Of a stretch of 64,000 bases of DNA, positions 44,212 through 63,528 are shown piece after piece; positions within the stretch are counted from its first letter, which is position 1, and each line of letters begins with the position of its first letter. Source of the DNA: Escherichia coli. GTDB taxonomy: Bacteria > Pseudomonadota > Gammaproteobacteria > Enterobacterales > Enterobacteriaceae. The notes under the pieces are model-generated. The model ran no database searches, was not told where the DNA came from, and worked only from the letters and a program-made list of their open reading frames with translations. Where the stretch lies: NCBI RefSeq assembly GCF_001677475.2, contig NZ_CP015229.1, one strand, 5' to 3'. The position numbers and the translations under genes were made by a program.

Positions 44212-44988
44212 ATGTCTGTAGAAGATACTCAACCGCTTATCACGCATCTGATTGAGCTGCGTAAGCGTCTGCTGAACTGCATTATCGCGGTGATCGTGAT
44301 ATTCCTGTGTCTGGTCTATTTCGCCAATGACATCTATCACCTGGTATCCGCGCCATTGATCAAGCAGTTGCCGCAAGGTTCAACGATGATCGCCACCGAC
44401 GTGGCCTCACCGTTCTTTACGCCGATCAAGCTGACCTTTATGGTGTCGCTGATTCTGTCAGCGCCGGTGATTCTCTATCAGGTGTGGGCGTTTATCGCCC
44501 CAGCGCTGTATAAGCATGAACGTCGCCTGGTGGTGCCGCTGCTAGTTTCCAGCTCTCTGTTGTTTTATATCGGCATGGCGTTCGCCTACTTTGTGGTCTT
44601 TCCGCTGGCATTTGGCTTCCTTGCCAATACCGCGCCGGAAGGGGTACAGGTATCCACCGACATCGCCAGCTATTTAAGCTTCGTTATGGCGCTGTTTATG
44701 GCGTTTGGTGTCTCCTTTGAAGTGCCGGTGGCAATTGTGCTGTTGTGCTGGATGGGGATTACTTCGCCAGAGGATTTACGCAAAAAACGCCCGTATGTGC
44801 TGGTTGGCGCATTCGTTGTCGGGATGCTGCTGACGCCGCCGGATGTCTTCTCGCAAACGCTGTTGGCGATCCCGATGTACTGTCTGTTTGAAATCGGTGT
44901 CTTCTTCTCACGCTTTTACGTTGGTAAAGGGCGAAATCGGGAAGAGGAAAACGACGCTGAAGCAGAAAGCGAAAAAACTGAAGAATAA
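44212..44988 (+). CDS. tatC: Twin-arginine translocase subunit TatC
   Basis: 258-aa polytopic ORF. Confidence 0.9.
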
Positions 44989-45029
44989 ATTCAACCGCCC
45001 GTCAGGGCGGTTGTCATATGGAGTACAGG

Positions 45030-46342
<1,313 letters not shown>

Positions 46343-46463
46343 TTACGCTAAGTTAATTATATTCCCCAGTTTGCGTTGTACCGTCAGAGTTCACGCTAAT
46401 TTAACAAATTTACAGCATCGCAAAGATGAACGCCGTATAATGGGCGCAGATTAAGAGGCTACA

Positions 46464-47957
46464 ATGGACGCCATGAAATATAACGATTTACGCGACTTCT
46501 TGACGCTGCTTGAACAGCAGGGTGAGCTAAAACGTATCACGCTCCCGGTGGATCCGCATCTGGAAATCACTGAAATTGCTGACCGCACTTTGCGTGCCGG
46601 TGGGCCTGCGCTGTTGTTCGAAAACCCTAAAGGCTACTCAATGCCGGTGCTGTGCAACCTGTTCGGTACGCCAAAGCGCGTGGCGATGGGCATGGGGCAG
46701 GAAGATGTTTCGGCGCTGCGTGAAGTTGGTAAATTATTGGCGTTTCTGAAAGAGCCGGAGCCGCCAAAAGGTTTCCGCGACCTGTTTGATAAACTGCCAC
46801 AGTTTAAGCAAGTATTGAACATGCCGACAAAGCGGCTGCGTGGTGCGCCGTGTCAGCAAAAAATTATCTCCGGCGATGACGTCGATCTTCACCGTATCCC
46901 CATTATGACCTGCTGGCCGGAAGATGCCGCGCCACTGATTACCTGGGGGTTGACCGTGACGCGTGGCCCGCATAAAGAGCGGCAGAATCTGGGTATTTAT
47001 CGTCAACAGTTGATTGGTAAAAATAAGCTGATTATGCGCTGGCTGTCGCATCGCGGCGGCGCGCTGGATTTCCAGGAGTGGTGTGCGGCGCATCCGGGCG
47101 AACGTTTCCCGGTTTCTGTGGCGCTGGGTGCTGATCCCGCCACAATTCTCGGTGCAGTCACGCCCGTTCCAGATACGCTTTCAGAGTATGCGTTTGCCGG
47201 ATTGCTGCGCGGCACCAAGACCGAAGTGGTGAAGTGTATCTCCAATGACCTTGAAGTGCCCGCCAGTGCGGAGATTGTGCTGGAAGGGTATATCGAACAA
47301 GGCGAAACTGCGCCGGAAGGGCCGTATGGCGACCACACCGGTTACTATAACGAAGTCGATAGTTTCCCGGTATTTACCGTGACGCATATTACCCAGCGTG
47401 AAGATGCGATTTATCATTCCACCTATACCGGGCGTCCGCCGGATGAACCTGCGGTGCTGGGTGTCGCACTGAACGAAGTGTTTGTGCCGATTCTGCAAAA
47501 ACAGTTCCCGGAAATTGTCGATTTTTACCTGCCGCCGGAAGGCTGCTCTTATCGCCTGGCGGTAGTGACGATCAAAAAACAGTACGCCGGACACGCGAAG
47601 CGCGTCATGATGGGCGTCTGGTCGTTCTTACGCCAGTTTATGTACACTAAGTTTGTGATCGTTTGCGATGATGACGTCAACGCACGCGACTGGAACGATG
47701 TGATTTGGGCGATTACCACCCGTATGGACCCGGCGCGGGATACTGTTCTGGTAGAAAATACGCCTATTGATTATCTGGATTTTGCCTCGCCTGTCTCCGG
47801 GCTGGGTTCAAAAATGGGGCTGGATGCCACGAATAAATGGCCAGGGGAAACCCAGCGTGAATGGGGACGTCCCATCAAAAAAGATCCAGATGTTGTCGCG
47901 CATATTGACGCCATCTGGGATGAACTGGCTATTTTTAACAACGGTAAAAGCGCCTGA
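46464..47957 (+). CDS. ubiD: 3-octaprenyl-4-hydroxybenzoate decarboxylase
   Basis: 497-aa [28 protein letters not shown]. Confidence 0.9.
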   Translation: MDAMKYNDLRDFLTLLEQQGELKRITLPVDPHLEITEIADRTLRAGGPALLFENPKGYSMPVLCNLFGTPKRVAMGMGQEDVSALREVGKLLAFLKEPEPPKGFRDLFDKLPQFKQVLNMPTKRLRGAPCQQKIISGDDVDLHRIPIMTCWPEDAAPLITWGLTVTRGPHKERQNLGIYRQQLIGKNKLIMRWLSHRGGALDFQEWCAAHPGERFPVSVALGADPATILGAVTPVPDTLSEYAFAGLLRGTKTEVVKCISNDLEVPASAEIVLEGYIEQGETAPEGPYGDHTGYYNEVDSFPVFTVTHITQREDAIYHSTYTGRPPDEPAVLGVALNEVFVPILQKQFPEIVDFYLPPEGCSYRLAVVTIKKQYAGHAKRVMMGVWSFLRQFMYTKFVIVCDDDVNARDWNDVIWAITTRMDPARDTVLVENTPIDYLDFASPVSGLGSKMGLDATNKWPGETQREWGRPIKKDPDVVAHIDAIWDELAIFNNGKSA

Positions 47958-48002
47958 TGCGCGTTTGTTTTGCCCTATTTATCGATCCGACAGAGAAAGC
48001 GC

Positions 48003-48704
48003 ATGACAACCTTAAGCTGTAAAGTGACCTCGGTAGAAGCTATCACGGATACCGTATATCGTGTCCGCATCGTGCCAGACGCGGCCTTTTCTTTTCGTGC
48101 TGGTCAGTATTTGATGGTAGTGATGGATGAGCGCGACAAACGTCCGTTCTCAATGGCCTCGACGCCGGATGAAAAAGGGTTTATCGAGCTGCATATTGGC
48201 GCTTCTGAAATCAACCTTTACGCAAAAGCAGTCATGGACCGCATCCTCAAAGATCATCAAATCGTGGTCGATATTCCCCACGGAGAAGCGTGGCTGCGCG
48301 ATGATGAAGAGCGTCCGATGATTTTGATTGCGGGCGGCACCGGGTTCTCTTATGCCCGCTCGATTTTGCTGACAGCGTTGGCGCGTAACCCAAACCGTGA
48401 TATCACCATTTACTGGGGCGGGCGTGAAGAGCAGCATCTGTATGATCTCTCCGAGCTTGAGGCGCTTTCGTTAAAGCACCCTGGTCTGCAAGTGGTGCCG
48501 GTGGTTGAACAACCGGAAGCGGGCTGGCGTGGGCGTACTGGCACCGTGTTAACGGCGGTATTGCAGGATCACGGTACGCTGGCAGAGCATGATATCTATA
48601 TTGCCGGACGTTTTGAGATGGCGAAAATCGCCCGTGATCTGTTTTGCAGTGAGCGTAATGCGCGGGAAGATCGCCTGTTTGGCGATGCGTTTGCATTTAT
48701 CTGA
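48003..48704 (+). CDS. fre: NAD(P)H-flavin reductase
   Basis: ORF 47970-48704; start at [21 protein letters not shown] gives 233 aa. Confidence 0.85.
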   Translation: MTTLSCKVTSVEAITDTVYRVRIVPDAAFSFRAGQYLMVVMDERDKRPFSMASTPDEKGFIELHIGASEINLYAKAVMDRILKDHQIVVDIPHGEAWLRDDEERPMILIAGGTGFSYARSILLTALARNPNRDITIYWGGREEQHLYDLSELEALSLKHPGLQVVPVVEQPEAGWRGRTGTVLTAVLQDHGTLAEHDIYIAGRFEMAKIARDLFCSERNAREDRLFGDAFAFI

Positions 48705-48707
48705 GAT

Positions 48708-48734
48708 ATAAAAAACCCGCCCCTGACAGGCGGG
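48708..48734 (-). terminator. fadBA operon rho-independent terminator
   Basis: Hairpin CCCGCC-N7-GGCGGG; minus-strand reading followed by TTTTTTAT. Confidence 0.5.
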
Positions 48735-48774
48735 AAGAACGGCAACTAAAACTTTATTCAGTGGCATTTAGATC

Positions 48775-48886
48775 TATGTCGCATCCGGCAAACAATTGCC
48801 CGATGCGACGCTGTCGCGTCTTATCGTGCCTACAAATAGTTCTGAACCGTAGGCCGGATAAGGCGTTAACGCCGCATCCGGCAAGT
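48775..48886. repeat. REP/BIME cluster (two REP units) downstream of fadA
   Basis: GCATCCGGCAAACAATTGCCCGATGCGACGCTGTCGCGTCTTATC... and GTAGGCCGGATAAGGCGTTAACGCCGCATCCGGCA match REP consensus. Confidence 0.65.
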
Positions 48887-48888
48887 GG

Positions 48889-50061
<1,173 letters not shown>

Positions 50062-52251
50062 TTAAGCCGTTTTCAGGTCGCCAACCGGACGGGCTGGCTC
50101 AACCGGGGGATAGTACGGTTCGTTATGACGTGCTTTATTACGCAGACCTTCCGGCACTTCATACAGCGGGCCGAGGTGCTGATATTGCTGTGCCATATCG
50201 AGGTATTTCGCGCTGCCGAGGGTGTCCAGCCAGCGGAACGCGCCGCCGTGGAACGGAGGGAAGCCCAGGCCGTAGACCAGCGCCATATCCGCTTCTGCCG
50301 GAGTGGCGATAATGCCCTCTTCCAGACAGCGCACCACTTCGTTGACCATCGGGATCATCATGCGGGCGATAATCTCTTCCTCGCTGAAATCGCGCTTCGG
50401 CTGGCTGACTTCTGCCAGCAGGTCGTCAACGGCGGCGTCTTCTTCTTTCTTCGGCTTACCTTTGCTGTCTTCTTTATAACGCCAGAAACCGAGGCCGTTC
50501 TTCTGACCAAAGCGGTTGGCATCAAACAGCGCGTCGATGGCATCGTGATAATCTTTCTGCATCCGCTGCGGGAAACCCGCTGCCATCACGGCCTGAGCGT
50601 GGTGCGCGGTATCAACCCCCACGACATCCAGCAGGTATGCCGGACCCATTGGCCAGCCGAACTGTTTTTCCATCACTTTGTCGATCTTGCGGAAATCCGC
50701 GCCGTCGCGCAGCAGCTGGCTGAAACCCGCGAAGTAGGGGAACAGCACGCGGTTAACGAAGAATCCGGGGCAGTCGTTAACCACAATCGGCGTTTTGCCC
50801 ATCTTGCTCGCCCAGGCGACGACTTTCGCGATAGTTTCGTCGGAGCTTTTCTCGCCGCGAATAATTTCCACCAACGGCATTCGGTGGACCGGGTTAAAGA
50901 AGTGCATCCCGCAGAAGTTTTCCGGACGTTCCAGCGCGTTGGCCAGCTCGCTGATAGGAATGGTTGAAGTGTTAGAGGCCAGCACGGTATCCGGGCGTAC
51001 TTTTTGTTCGGTTTCTGCCAGTACGGCTTTTTTCACTTTCGGGTTTTCAACAACCGCTTCTACCACAATATCCACGCGGTCAAATCCGGCGTAGTCGAGC
51101 GTTGGGTGGATCGTGGAGATCACGCCAGCCAGTTTCAGACCATCGATCTTGCCGCGCTCAAGCTGCTTGTTCAGCAGTTTCGCGGCTTCGGTCATGCCGA
51201 GGGTTAACGACTTGTCGTTAATATCTTTCATAACAACCGGCACGCCTTTCCATGCAGACTGGTAAGCGATGCCGCCGCCCATAATGCCTGCGCCCAGCAC
51301 AGCGGCCTGTTTTGGGGTTTCAACGTCTTTGGTGAGTTTCTTCGCTTTGCCTTTTACATATTGATCGTTAAGGAAAATGCCGACCAGTGCGCGAGCTTCG
51401 TTGGTATGCGCCAGCGGGACAAAACTTTTGTTTTCCAGATTTAAGGCTTCTTCACGACCAAAACGGGCCGCCGCTTCAATGGTTTTTACTGCGGTGATGG
51501 GGGCCGGATAATGTTTCCCCGCCGTTTGTGCGACCATCCCTTTAGCGATGGTGAAACTCATGGTGGCTTCAATCTTGCTCAGTTTTAGCGGTTCCAGCTT
51601 CGGCTGACGTTTCGCTTTCCAGTCGAGGTCGCCGTTAATGGCCTGGCGTAAAATCGCTATCGCCCCTTCAATCAGTTTTTCTGCTTTGACTACGCCATCC
51701 ACCAAACCGATTTTCAGCGCCTGATCCGCGCCGACATCTTTACCGGCGGCAATGATCTCCAGCGCACTGTCAGCGCCCAGCATACGTGGCATACGTACAG
51801 AACCGCCAAAGCCCGGCATGATGCCCAGTTTGGTTTCCGGCAGACCGATGCGCAGATCCGGCGTCGCCAGACGATAATCGGTCGCCAGCACGCATTCGCA
51901 GCCACCGCCCAGCGCATAGCCGTTGACGGCGGCAATGGTCGGCACCGGCAGATCTTCCAGGCGATTAAACACGCTATTGGCAAAGTGCAGCCATTGACTT
52001 AACTGTTCTTCAGGAACGAGGAACAGGGACAAAAATTCGGTGATATCAGCACCGACGATAAAGGCTGCTTTGTTCGAACGCAGCAGCAGCCCTTTTAGAT
52101 CTGATTGCTGTTCCAGCACGCCGATGGCCTCGCCGAGGCTGGCGACGGTCGCAGTGTCGAGTTTATTAACTGAACCTGGGGCATCAAATACCAGTTCGGC
52201 AATGCCATCTTCCAGCCAGTCAAGGTACAGGGTGTCGCCTTTGTAAAGCAT
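50062..52251 (-). CDS. fadB: Fatty acid oxidation complex alpha subunit (enoyl-CoA hydratase/3-hydroxyacyl-CoA dehydrogenase)
   Basis: ORF 50062-52377; start at [27 protein letters not shown] gives 729 aa. Confidence 0.95.
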   Translation of the reverse strand: MLYKGDTLYLDWLEDGIAELVFDAPGSVNKLDTATVASLGEAIGVLEQQSDLKGLLLRSNKAAFIVGADITEFLSLFLVPEEQLSQWLHFANSVFNRLEDLPVPTIAAVNGYALGGGCECVLATDYRLATPDLRIGLPETKLGIMPGFGGSVRMPRMLGADSALEIIAAGKDVGADQALKIGLVDGVVKAEKLIEGAIAILRQAINGDLDWKAKRQPKLEPLKLSKIEATMSFTIAKGMVAQTAGKHYPAPITAVKTIEAAARFGREEALNLENKSFVPLAHTNEARALVGIFLNDQYVKGKAKKLTKDVETPKQAAVLGAGIMGGGIAYQSAWKGVPVVMKDINDKSLTLGMTEAAKLLNKQLERGKIDGLKLAGVISTIHPTLDYAGFDRVDIVVEAVVENPKVKKAVLAETEQKVRPDTVLASNTSTIPISELANALERPENFCGMHFFNPVHRMPLVEIIRGEKSSDETIAKVVAWASKMGKTPIVVNDCPGFFVNRVLFPYFAGFSQLLRDGADFRKIDKVMEKQFGWPMGPAYLLDVVGVDTAHHAQAVMAAGFPQRMQKDYHDAIDALFDANRFGQKNGLGFWRYKEDSKGKPKKEEDAAVDDLLAEVSQPKRDFSEEEIIARMMIPMVNEVVRCLEEGIIATPAEADMALVYGLGFPPFHGGAFRWLDTLGSAKYLDMAQQYQHLGPLYEVPEGLRNKARHNEPYYPPVEPARPVGDLKTA

Positions 52252-52440
52252 GTCAGTCTCCTGAATCCGCAAGGTGATCTGGTCGTACCAGATGCATCGA
52301 AGTGTGTATTTTGTGTTAAAAATATGCAAATAAAAGATTAAAGAAATGCCGATCTGATCACGCTCGGCAGAAATCACGCTCTGGATGAACGATGTGCTAA
52401 GATGCGGAGACTTAAGGTCAAAAAAACAGAAGGGTAAAAA

Positions 52441-53772
52441 ATGGAATCACTGGCCTCGCTCTATAAAAATCATATAGCTACCTTACAAGAACGGACTCGC
52501 GATGCGCTGGCGCGCTTCAAACTGGATGCGTTACTTATTCACTCCGGCGAACTGTTCAACGTTTTTCTCGACGATCATCCCTATCCGTTTAAAGTGAACC
52601 CGCAATTCAAAGCGTGGGTGCCGGTAACTCAGGTGCCAAACTGCTGGTTGCTGGTGGATGGCGTGAACAAGCCGAAACTGTGGTTTTATCTGCCGGTTGA
52701 TTACTGGCACAACGTCGAACCGCTGCCGACCTCCTTCTGGACTGAAGATGTAGAAGTGATCGCGCTGCCGAAAGCCGATGGCATTGGTAGCCTGCTGCCT
52801 GCTGCGCGCGGGAATATCGGTTATATCGGTCCGGTGCCGGAGCGTGCGCTGCAACTGGGTATTGAGGCCAGCAACATCAACCCGAAAGGGGTGATCGACT
52901 ACCTGCATTACTACCGCTCCTTCAAAACCGAGTACGAACTGGCCTGTATGCGTGAAGCGCAGAAAATGGCGGTCAACGGTCATCGCGCGGCAGAAGAAGC
53001 GTTCCGTTCTGGCATGAGCGAGTTCGATATCAATATTGCCTATCTGACCGCGACCGGTCATCGTGATACCGACGTACCTTACAGCAACATTGTAGCGCTT
53101 AACGAACACGCTGCGGTGTTGCATTACACCAAACTGGACCACCAGGCACCGGAAGAGATGCGCAGCTTCCTGCTGGATGCCGGGGCCGAATATAACGGCT
53201 ATGCGGCTGACCTGACCCGTACCTGGTCGGCAAAAAGCGATAACGACTACGCACAGCTGGTGAAAGACGTAAATGATGAACAACTGGCGCTGATCGCCAC
53301 CATGAAAGCAGGCGTCAGCTATGTGGATTACCACATCCAGTTCCATCAGCGCATCGCCAAATTGCTGCGTAAACATCAAATCATCACCGATATGAGTGAA
53401 GAAGCGATGGTCGAAAACGATCTCACCGGACCGTTTATGCCGCACGGTATCGGTCATCCGCTGGGCCTGCAGGTGCATGACGTAGCTGGCTTTATGCAAG
53501 ATGATAGCGGTACGCACCTCGCGGCACCGGCAAAATATCCGTACCTGCGCTGCACCCGTATTCTCCAGCCGGGCATGGTGTTAACCATCGAGCCGGGTAT
53601 CTACTTCATCGAATCGCTACTGGCACCGTGGCGTGAAGGGCAGTTCAGTAAACACTTTAACTGGCAGAAAATTGAAGCACTGAAACCGTTCGGCGGCATT
53701 CGTATCGAAGACAACGTGGTGATCCACGAAAACAACGTGGAAAACATGACCCGGGATCTGAAACTGGCGTGA
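52441..53772 (+). CDS. pepQ: Xaa-Pro dipeptidase (prolidase)
   Basis: 443-aa ORF, M24 metallopeptidase motifs. Confidence 0.9.
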
Positions 53773-54386
53773 TGGAAAGCTGGTTAATTCCTGCGGCACC
53801 AGTCACGGTCGTTGAAGAGATCAAAAAGAGCCGCTTCATAACGATGTTGGCGCATACCGATGGCGTTGAGGCGGCGAAAGCGTTTGTTGAATCGGTGCGG
53901 GCAGAACACCCCGATGCCCGCCACCATTGCGTGGCGTGGGTGGCGGGTGCGCCGGATGATTCTCAACAGCTCGGTTTCTCTGACGACGGGGAACCGGCGG
54001 GAACGGCCGGTAAACCGATGCTCGCCCAACTAATGGGCAGCGGCGTCGGGGAAATTACCGCTGTGGTGGTGCGCTACTACGGCGGCATATTGCTTGGTAC
54101 CGGTGGGTTAGTGAAAGCGTATGGCGGCGGAGTGAATCAGGCGCTGCGCCAGCTAACGACCCAACGCAAGACGCCATTAACCGAATATACTTTGCAATGT
54201 GAATATAGTCAGTTAACCGGCATTGAAGCGTTGCTGGGGCAGTGTGACGGCAAAATTATCAACAGTGATTATCAGGCATTCGTTCTGCTGCGGGTGGCGC
54301 TTCCGGCGGCGAAAGTGGATGAATTTTCCGCAAAGCTGGCGGATTTTAGCCGTGGTTCATTGCAATTGTTAGCGATTGAAGAATAA
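53772..54386 (+). CDS. yigZ: IMPACT-family protein YigZ
   Basis: ORF 53769-54386, start at second Met for 204 aa. Confidence 0.85.
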   Translation: MESWLIPAAPVTVVEEIKKSRFITMLAHTDGVEAAKAFVESVRAEHPDARHHCVAWVAGAPDDSQQLGFSDDGEPAGTAGKPMLAQLMGSGVGEITAVVVRYYGGILLGTGGLVKAYGGGVNQALRQLTTQRKTPLTEYTLQCEYSQLTGIEALLGQCDGKIINSDYQAFVLLRVALPAAKVDEFSAKLADFSRGSLQLLAIEE

Positions 54387-54424
54387 TCCCCACTTCGTTT
54401 TGCAGAACTAAGGAAGCGGCAGAG

Positions 54425-55876
54425 ATGCATTTTCGCGCCATTACCCGAATCGTTGGACTACTGGTCATCTTATTTTCAGGGACCATGATTATCCCTGGGC
54501 TGGTAGCACTCATCTACCGGGATGGAGCGGGCCGCGCTTTTACCCAGACCTTTTTTGTCGCCCTCGCCATTGGCTCTATGCTGTGGTGGCCGAACCGCAA
54601 AGAGAAGGGCGAACTGAAATCCCGTGAGGGGTTTCTGATAGTGGTGCTGTTCTGGACCGTGCTGGGTAGTGTCGGTGCGCTCCCTTTTATCTTCTCGGAA
54701 AGCCCGAACCTCACGATTACCGATGCGTTTTTTGAATCTTTCTCTGGCCTGACCACCACCGGGGCCACTACGCTGGTGGGGCTGGATTCGCTCCCTCATG
54801 CCATCCTCTTTTATCGCCAGATGCTGCAATGGTTTGGCGGGATGGGGATCATCGTGTTAGCGGTTGCGATACTGCCTATCCTCGGCGTGGGTGGGATGCA
54901 GCTCTATCGCGCAGAAATGCCCGGCCCGCTGAAAGATAACAAAATGCGCCCGCGAATTGCGGAAACGGCGAAAACCCTGTGGTTGATTTATGTCTTGCTG
55001 ACCGTCGCCTGTGCGCTGGCGTTGTGGTTTGCCGGAATGGATGCCTTTGATGCCATCGGCCATAGCTTTGCGACTATCGCTATTGGCGGCTTCTCGACAC
55101 ATGATGCCAGTATCGGTTATTTCGACAGCCCGACTATTAACACTATCATTGCTATCTTTCTGCTGATCTCCGGCTGTAACTACGGTCTGCACTTTTCACT
55201 GTTAAGTGGGCGTAGTCTGAAGGTTTATTGGCGCGATCCGGAATTTCGCATGTTTATCGGCGTACAGTTTACGCTGGTGGTTATTTGTACACTCGTACTG
55301 TGGTTTCATAATGTCTACAGTTCGGCGCTGATGACAATTAACCAGGCGTTTTTCCAGGTGGTATCGATGGCGACAACCGCCGGGTTTACGACTGACAGCA
55401 TTGCCCGCTGGCCGCTCTTTTTGCCGGTACTGCTTTTATGTTCAGCTTTTATCGGCGGTTGCGCCGGGTCAACGGGCGGTGGCCTGAAAGTGATCCGCAT
55501 CCTGCTGCTGTTTAAGCAGGGGAACCGTGAGCTGAAACGACTGGTGCATCCGAACGCCGTCTATAGCATTAAGCTGGGGAATCGCGCACTGCCGGAACGT
55601 ATCCTCGAAGCCGTGTGGGGATTTTTCTCCGCCTATGCATTGGTGTTTATTGTCAGTATGCTGGCGATTATCGCCACGGGCGTGGATGACTTTTCTGCCT
55701 TTGCCTCGGTTGTTGCGACATTGAATAACCTGGGGCCAGGGCTTGGCGTGGTTGCTGATAACTTTACCAGTATGAACCCGGTGGCTAAATGGATCCTGAT
55801 TGCCAACATGCTGTTTGGTCGTCTCGAGGTCTTTACATTGCTGGTGCTCTTTACCCCGACTTTCTGGCGTGAATGA
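54425..55876 (+). CDS. trkH: Potassium uptake protein TrkH
   Basis: 483-aa polytopic ORF. Confidence 0.9.
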   Translation: MHFRAITRIVGLLVILFSGTMIIPGLVALIYRDGAGRAFTQTFFVALAIGSMLWWPNRKEKGELKSREGFLIVVLFWTVLGSVGALPFIFSESPNLTITDAFFESFSGLTTTGATTLVGLDSLPHAILFYRQMLQWFGGMGIIVLAVAILPILGVGGMQLYRAEMPGPLKDNKMRPRIAETAKTLWLIYVLLTVACALALWFAGMDAFDAIGHSFATIAIGGFSTHDASIGYFDSPTINTIIAIFLLISGCNYGLHFSLLSGRSLKVYWRDPEFRMFIGVQFTLVVICTLVLWFHNVYSSALMTINQAFFQVVSMATTAGFTTDSIARWPLFLPVLLLCSAFIGGCAGSTGGGLKVIRILLLFKQGNRELKRLVHPNAVYSIKLGNRALPERILEAVWGFFSAYALVFIVSMLAIIATGVDDFSAFASVVATLNNLGPGLGVVADNFTSMNPVAKWILIANMLFGRLEVFTLLVLFTPTFWRE

Positions 55877-55887
55877 TGGAGTAATAC

Positions 55888-56433
55888 GTGAAAACATTAA
55901 TTCTTTTCTCAACAAGGGACGGACAAACGCGCGAGATTGCCTCCTACCTGGCTTCGGAACTGAAAGAACTGGGGATCCAGACGGATGTCGCCAATGTGCA
56001 CCGCATTGAAGAACCACAATGGGAAAACTATGACCGTGTGGTCATTGGTGCTTCTATTCGCTATGGTCACTACCACTCTGCGTTCCAGGAATTTGTCAAA
56101 AAACATGCGACGCGACTGAATTCGATGCCGAGCGCCTTTTACTCCGTGAATCTGGTGGCGCGCAAACCGGAGAAGCGTACTCCACAGACCAACAGCTACG
56201 CGCGGAAGTTTCTGATGAACTCGCAATGGCGTCCCGATCGCTGCGCGGTCATTGCCGGGGCGCTGCGTTACCCACGTTATCGCTGGTACGACCGTTTTAT
56301 GATCAAGCTGATTATGAAGATGTCAGGCGGTGAAACGGATACGCGCAAAGAAGTTGTCTATACCGATTGGGAGCAGGTGGCGAATTTCGCCCGAGAAATC
56401 GCCCATTTAACCGACAAACCGACGCTGAAATAA
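55888..56433 (+). CDS. hemG: Protoporphyrinogen oxidase (flavodoxin-like, menaquinone-dependent)
   Basis: 181-aa [32 protein letters not shown]. Confidence 0.9.
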   Translation: MKTLILFSTRDGQTREIASYLASELKELGIQTDVANVHRIEEPQWENYDRVVIGASIRYGHYHSAFQEFVKKHATRLNSMPSAFYSVNLVARKPEKRTPQTNSYARKFLMNSQWRPDRCAVIAGALRYPRYRWYDRFMIKLIMKMSGGETDTRKEVVYTDWEQVANFAREIAHLTDKPTLK

Positions 56434-56469
56434 GCATAAAGAATAAAAAACGCGCATTCGGAAAATTAT

Positions 56470-56630
56470 TTTAAATTTCCTCTTGTCAGGCCGGAATAAC
56501 TCCCTATAATGCGCCACCACTGACACGGAACAACGGCAAACACGCCGCCGGGTCAGCGGGGTTCTCCTGAGAATCTCAACAGAGAAAAGCAAAAAAAATG
56601 CTTGACTCTGTAGCGGGAAAGCGTATTATG
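56470..56630 (+). promoter_or_regulatory. rrnA promoters P1 and P2 with UP element
   Basis: P1 TTGTCA-N16-TATAAT (~56483-56510) preceded by AT-rich UP element; P2 TTGACT-N17-TATTAT (~56601-56629). Confidence 0.75.
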
Positions 56631-56810
56631 CACACCCCGCGCCGCTGAGAAAAAGCGAAGCGGCACTGCTCTTTAACAATTTATCAGACAATCTGTGTGG
56701 GCACTCGAAGATACGGATTCTTAACGTCGCAAGACGAAAAATGAATACCAAGTCTCAAGAGTGAACACGTAATTCATTACGAAGTTTAATTCTTTGAGCA
56801 TCAAACTTTT

Positions 56811-58352
<1,542 letters not shown>

Positions 58353-58420
58353 CCTTAAAGAACTGTGCTTTGCAGTGCTCACACAGATTGTCTGATGAAA
58401 ATGAGCAGTAAAACCTCTAC

Positions 58421-58497
<77 letters not shown>

Positions 58498-58539
58498 AAT
58501 TTGCACCGCAAATTTGAAGAGGTTTTAACTACATGTTAT

Positions 58540-58615
58540 GGGGCTATAGCTCAGCTGGGAGAGCGCCTGCTTTGCACGCAGGAGGTCTGCGGTTCGATCC
58601 CGCATAGCTCCACCA
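58540..58615 (+). tRNA. alaT: tRNA-Ala (anticodon TGC)
   Basis: GGGGCTATAGCTCAGCTGGGAGAGCGCCTGCTTTGCACGCAGGAGGTCTGCGGTTCGATCCCGCATAGCTCCACCA. Confidence 0.97.
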
Positions 58616-58798
58616 TCTCTGTAGTGATTAAATAAAAAATACTTCAGAGTGTACCTGCAAAGGTTCACTGCGAAGTTTTGCTCTTTAAAAATCTGGATCA
58701 AGCTGAAAATTGAAACACTGAACAACGAAAGTTGTTCGTGAGTCTCTCAAATTTTCGCAACACGATGATGAATCGAAAGAAACATCTTCGGGTTGTGA

Positions 58799-61702
<2,904 letters not shown>

Positions 61703-61798
61703 CAACGCCGAAGCTGTTTTGGCGGATGAGAGAAGATTTTCAGCCTGATACAGATTAAATCGACAGGTCAGAACATGACGTGTTGATAAAACAGAATT

Positions 61799-61918
61799 TG
61801 CCTGGCGGCCGTAGCGCGGTGGTCCCACCTGACCCCATGCCGAACTCAGAAGTGAAACGCCGTAGCGCCGATGGTAGTGTGGGGTCTCCCCATGCGAGAG
61901 TAGGGAACTGCCAGGCAT
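61799..61918 (+). rRNA. rrfA: 5S ribosomal RNA
   Basis: TGCCTGGCGGCCGTAGCGCGGTGGTCCCACCTGACCCCATGCCGAACTCAGAAGTGAAACGCCGTAGCGCCGATGGTAGTGTGGGGTCTCCCCATGCGAGAGTAGGGAACTGCCAGGCAT. Confidence 0.97.
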
Positions 61919-61929
61919 CAAATTAAGCG

Positions 61930-61960
61930 AAAGGCCATCCGTCAGGGTGGCCTTTTTGCA
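61930..61960 (+). terminator. rrn operon rho-independent terminator
   Basis: Hairpin AAAGGCCA-TCCGTCAGGG-TGGCCTTT followed by TTG/T-rich. Confidence 0.65.
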
Positions 61961-61975
61961 TTGGCGCAGAAAAAA

Positions 61976-62013
61976 ATGCCGGATGCGACGCTGGCGCGTC
62001 TTATCCAGCCTAC
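61976..62013. repeat. REP element between rrn terminator and mobB
   Basis: ATGCCGGATGCGACGCTGGCGCGTCTTATCCAGCCTAC matches REP consensus. Confidence 0.55.
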
Positions 62014-62019
62014 TCTTGC

Positions 62020-62547
62020 TTATCCGTTCTGCTTTTGCATCCACTCCACCACAAAATCAGCCAGCCCCTCAACATCATTAATATCCAGTAATGCGACATC
62101 AAGATTAAGCGGCACATCACTGGCTACAGCAATAACATGCCTGTCTATCACTAATTCTTCAGGTCGATGTCCGGCTCCATCGCGAAACAGCACAATCTTT
62201 GCGATCTCTTCATGCTTAAACCCTTCGACCAGAATCAAATCCAGCTTTGAGGTATCCATTCGACTTGCGAGAAACTGTAGATCCAGCTCTTCTTCGTCTG
62301 GTGTTTCCGTCATCAAGGCCCATCGTTGCTGGCTGGCAACGATGGTTTGTGCCGCGCCAGCCTTGCGCAGCTCATAGCTATCTTTGCCAGGCTTATCAAC
62401 ATCCATATCATGGTGCGTATGCTTAATCAGCCCTGGACGGATCCCTCTGGCGCATAATGCCGGGATCAGTTTTTTCAAAAGCGTAGTTTTTCCGGTACCA
62501 CTCCACGCGGCAAAGGCGAGTAACGGTATCATCGTTTTTCCTGCCAT
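62020..62547 (-). CDS. mobB: Molybdopterin-guanine dinucleotide biosynthesis adapter MobB
   Basis: 175-aa ORF with P-loop [13 protein letters not shown]. Confidence 0.9.
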   Translation of the reverse strand: MAGKTMIPLLAFAAWSGTGKTTLLKKLIPALCARGIRPGLIKHTHHDMDVDKPGKDSYELRKAGAAQTIVASQQRWALMTETPDEEELDLQFLASRMDTSKLDLILVEGFKHEEIAKIVLFRDGAGHRPEELVIDRHVIAVASDVPLNLDVALLDINDVEGLADFVVEWMQKQNG

Positions 62548-63113
62548 CGGGCAAGCTCCTCTGGCGTATTCACGTTAACAAATGCATCTTTATGATCGCT
62601 GAAATCAACCGCATGACCGCCAGCCAGACGCATAAATGCCATTACCCGGCGTTCTCCTGTTTGCAGATATTCTAGTAATAAAGGCTCAATTGCGCGGTTT
62701 ACCAGAGCAATAGTCGGGTGATCGCGTTCACCGTCGTGGACCCACACGACAGGCGCATCTTTGCGCTGATGATTAAGCCGGGCGGCTAAATCATGGGGAA
62801 TGTAAGGCGTATCGCACGGGCAAAACAAAAACCACTCACCCGCTTCCTGCTGCATTACTGAAAGCATTCCTGCCAGAGGGCCTGGGTAATCCGCCAGTGA
62901 ATCTTCAATCACTTTCAGACCGCTTGCCTGATAAATTTCCTGATGACGATTAGCATTAACAACGACGTGAGAGAGCTGCGTCATAAGCGCGTCAGCGACA
63001 TGTTGCCATAATGGTTTGCCGTTTAATTCAAGCAATCCTTTATCTACGCCGCCCATTCGTCTGGCTTTACCGCCCGCCAGCACAACGCCTGTTATCGTCG
63101 TCATCAGATTCAC
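62529..63113 (-). CDS. mobA: Molybdenum cofactor guanylyltransferase MobA
   Basis: 194-aa [33 protein letters not shown]. Confidence 0.9.
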
Positions 63114-63182
63114 CGATATCGCCTCTTTTATTGTGGGATTGACCCTGCTAACGTGTCTGTCTCAAGAGTAAGGAGCATCACT

Positions 63183-63452
63183 ATGAAATGTAAACGTCTG
63201 AATGAAGTTATTGAACTCCTCCAGCCAGCCTGGCAAAAAGAGCCAGACCTTAACCTGCTGCAATTTTTGCAGAAACTGGCGAAAGAGTCAGGTTTTGACG
63301 GCGAACTGGCGGATTTGACGGATGACATTCTGATCTATCACCTGAAAATGCGTGATTCCGCGAAAGATGCGGTGATCCCGGGTTTGCAGAAAGATTATGA
63401 AGAAGACTTCAAAACGGCGCTGTTACGCGCTCGCGGCGTAATTAAAGAGTAA
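63183..63452 (+). CDS. yihD: DUF1040 protein YihD
   Basis: ORF 63153-63452; start at [14 protein letters not shown] gives 89 aa. Confidence 0.8.
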
Positions 63453-63528
63453 AAGCTTGTAAGCGGCGCCACCAAAATCATCGTGAAATGATATCCTTCA
63501 TCATTCGTAATGTTTTCCGGATGATGGG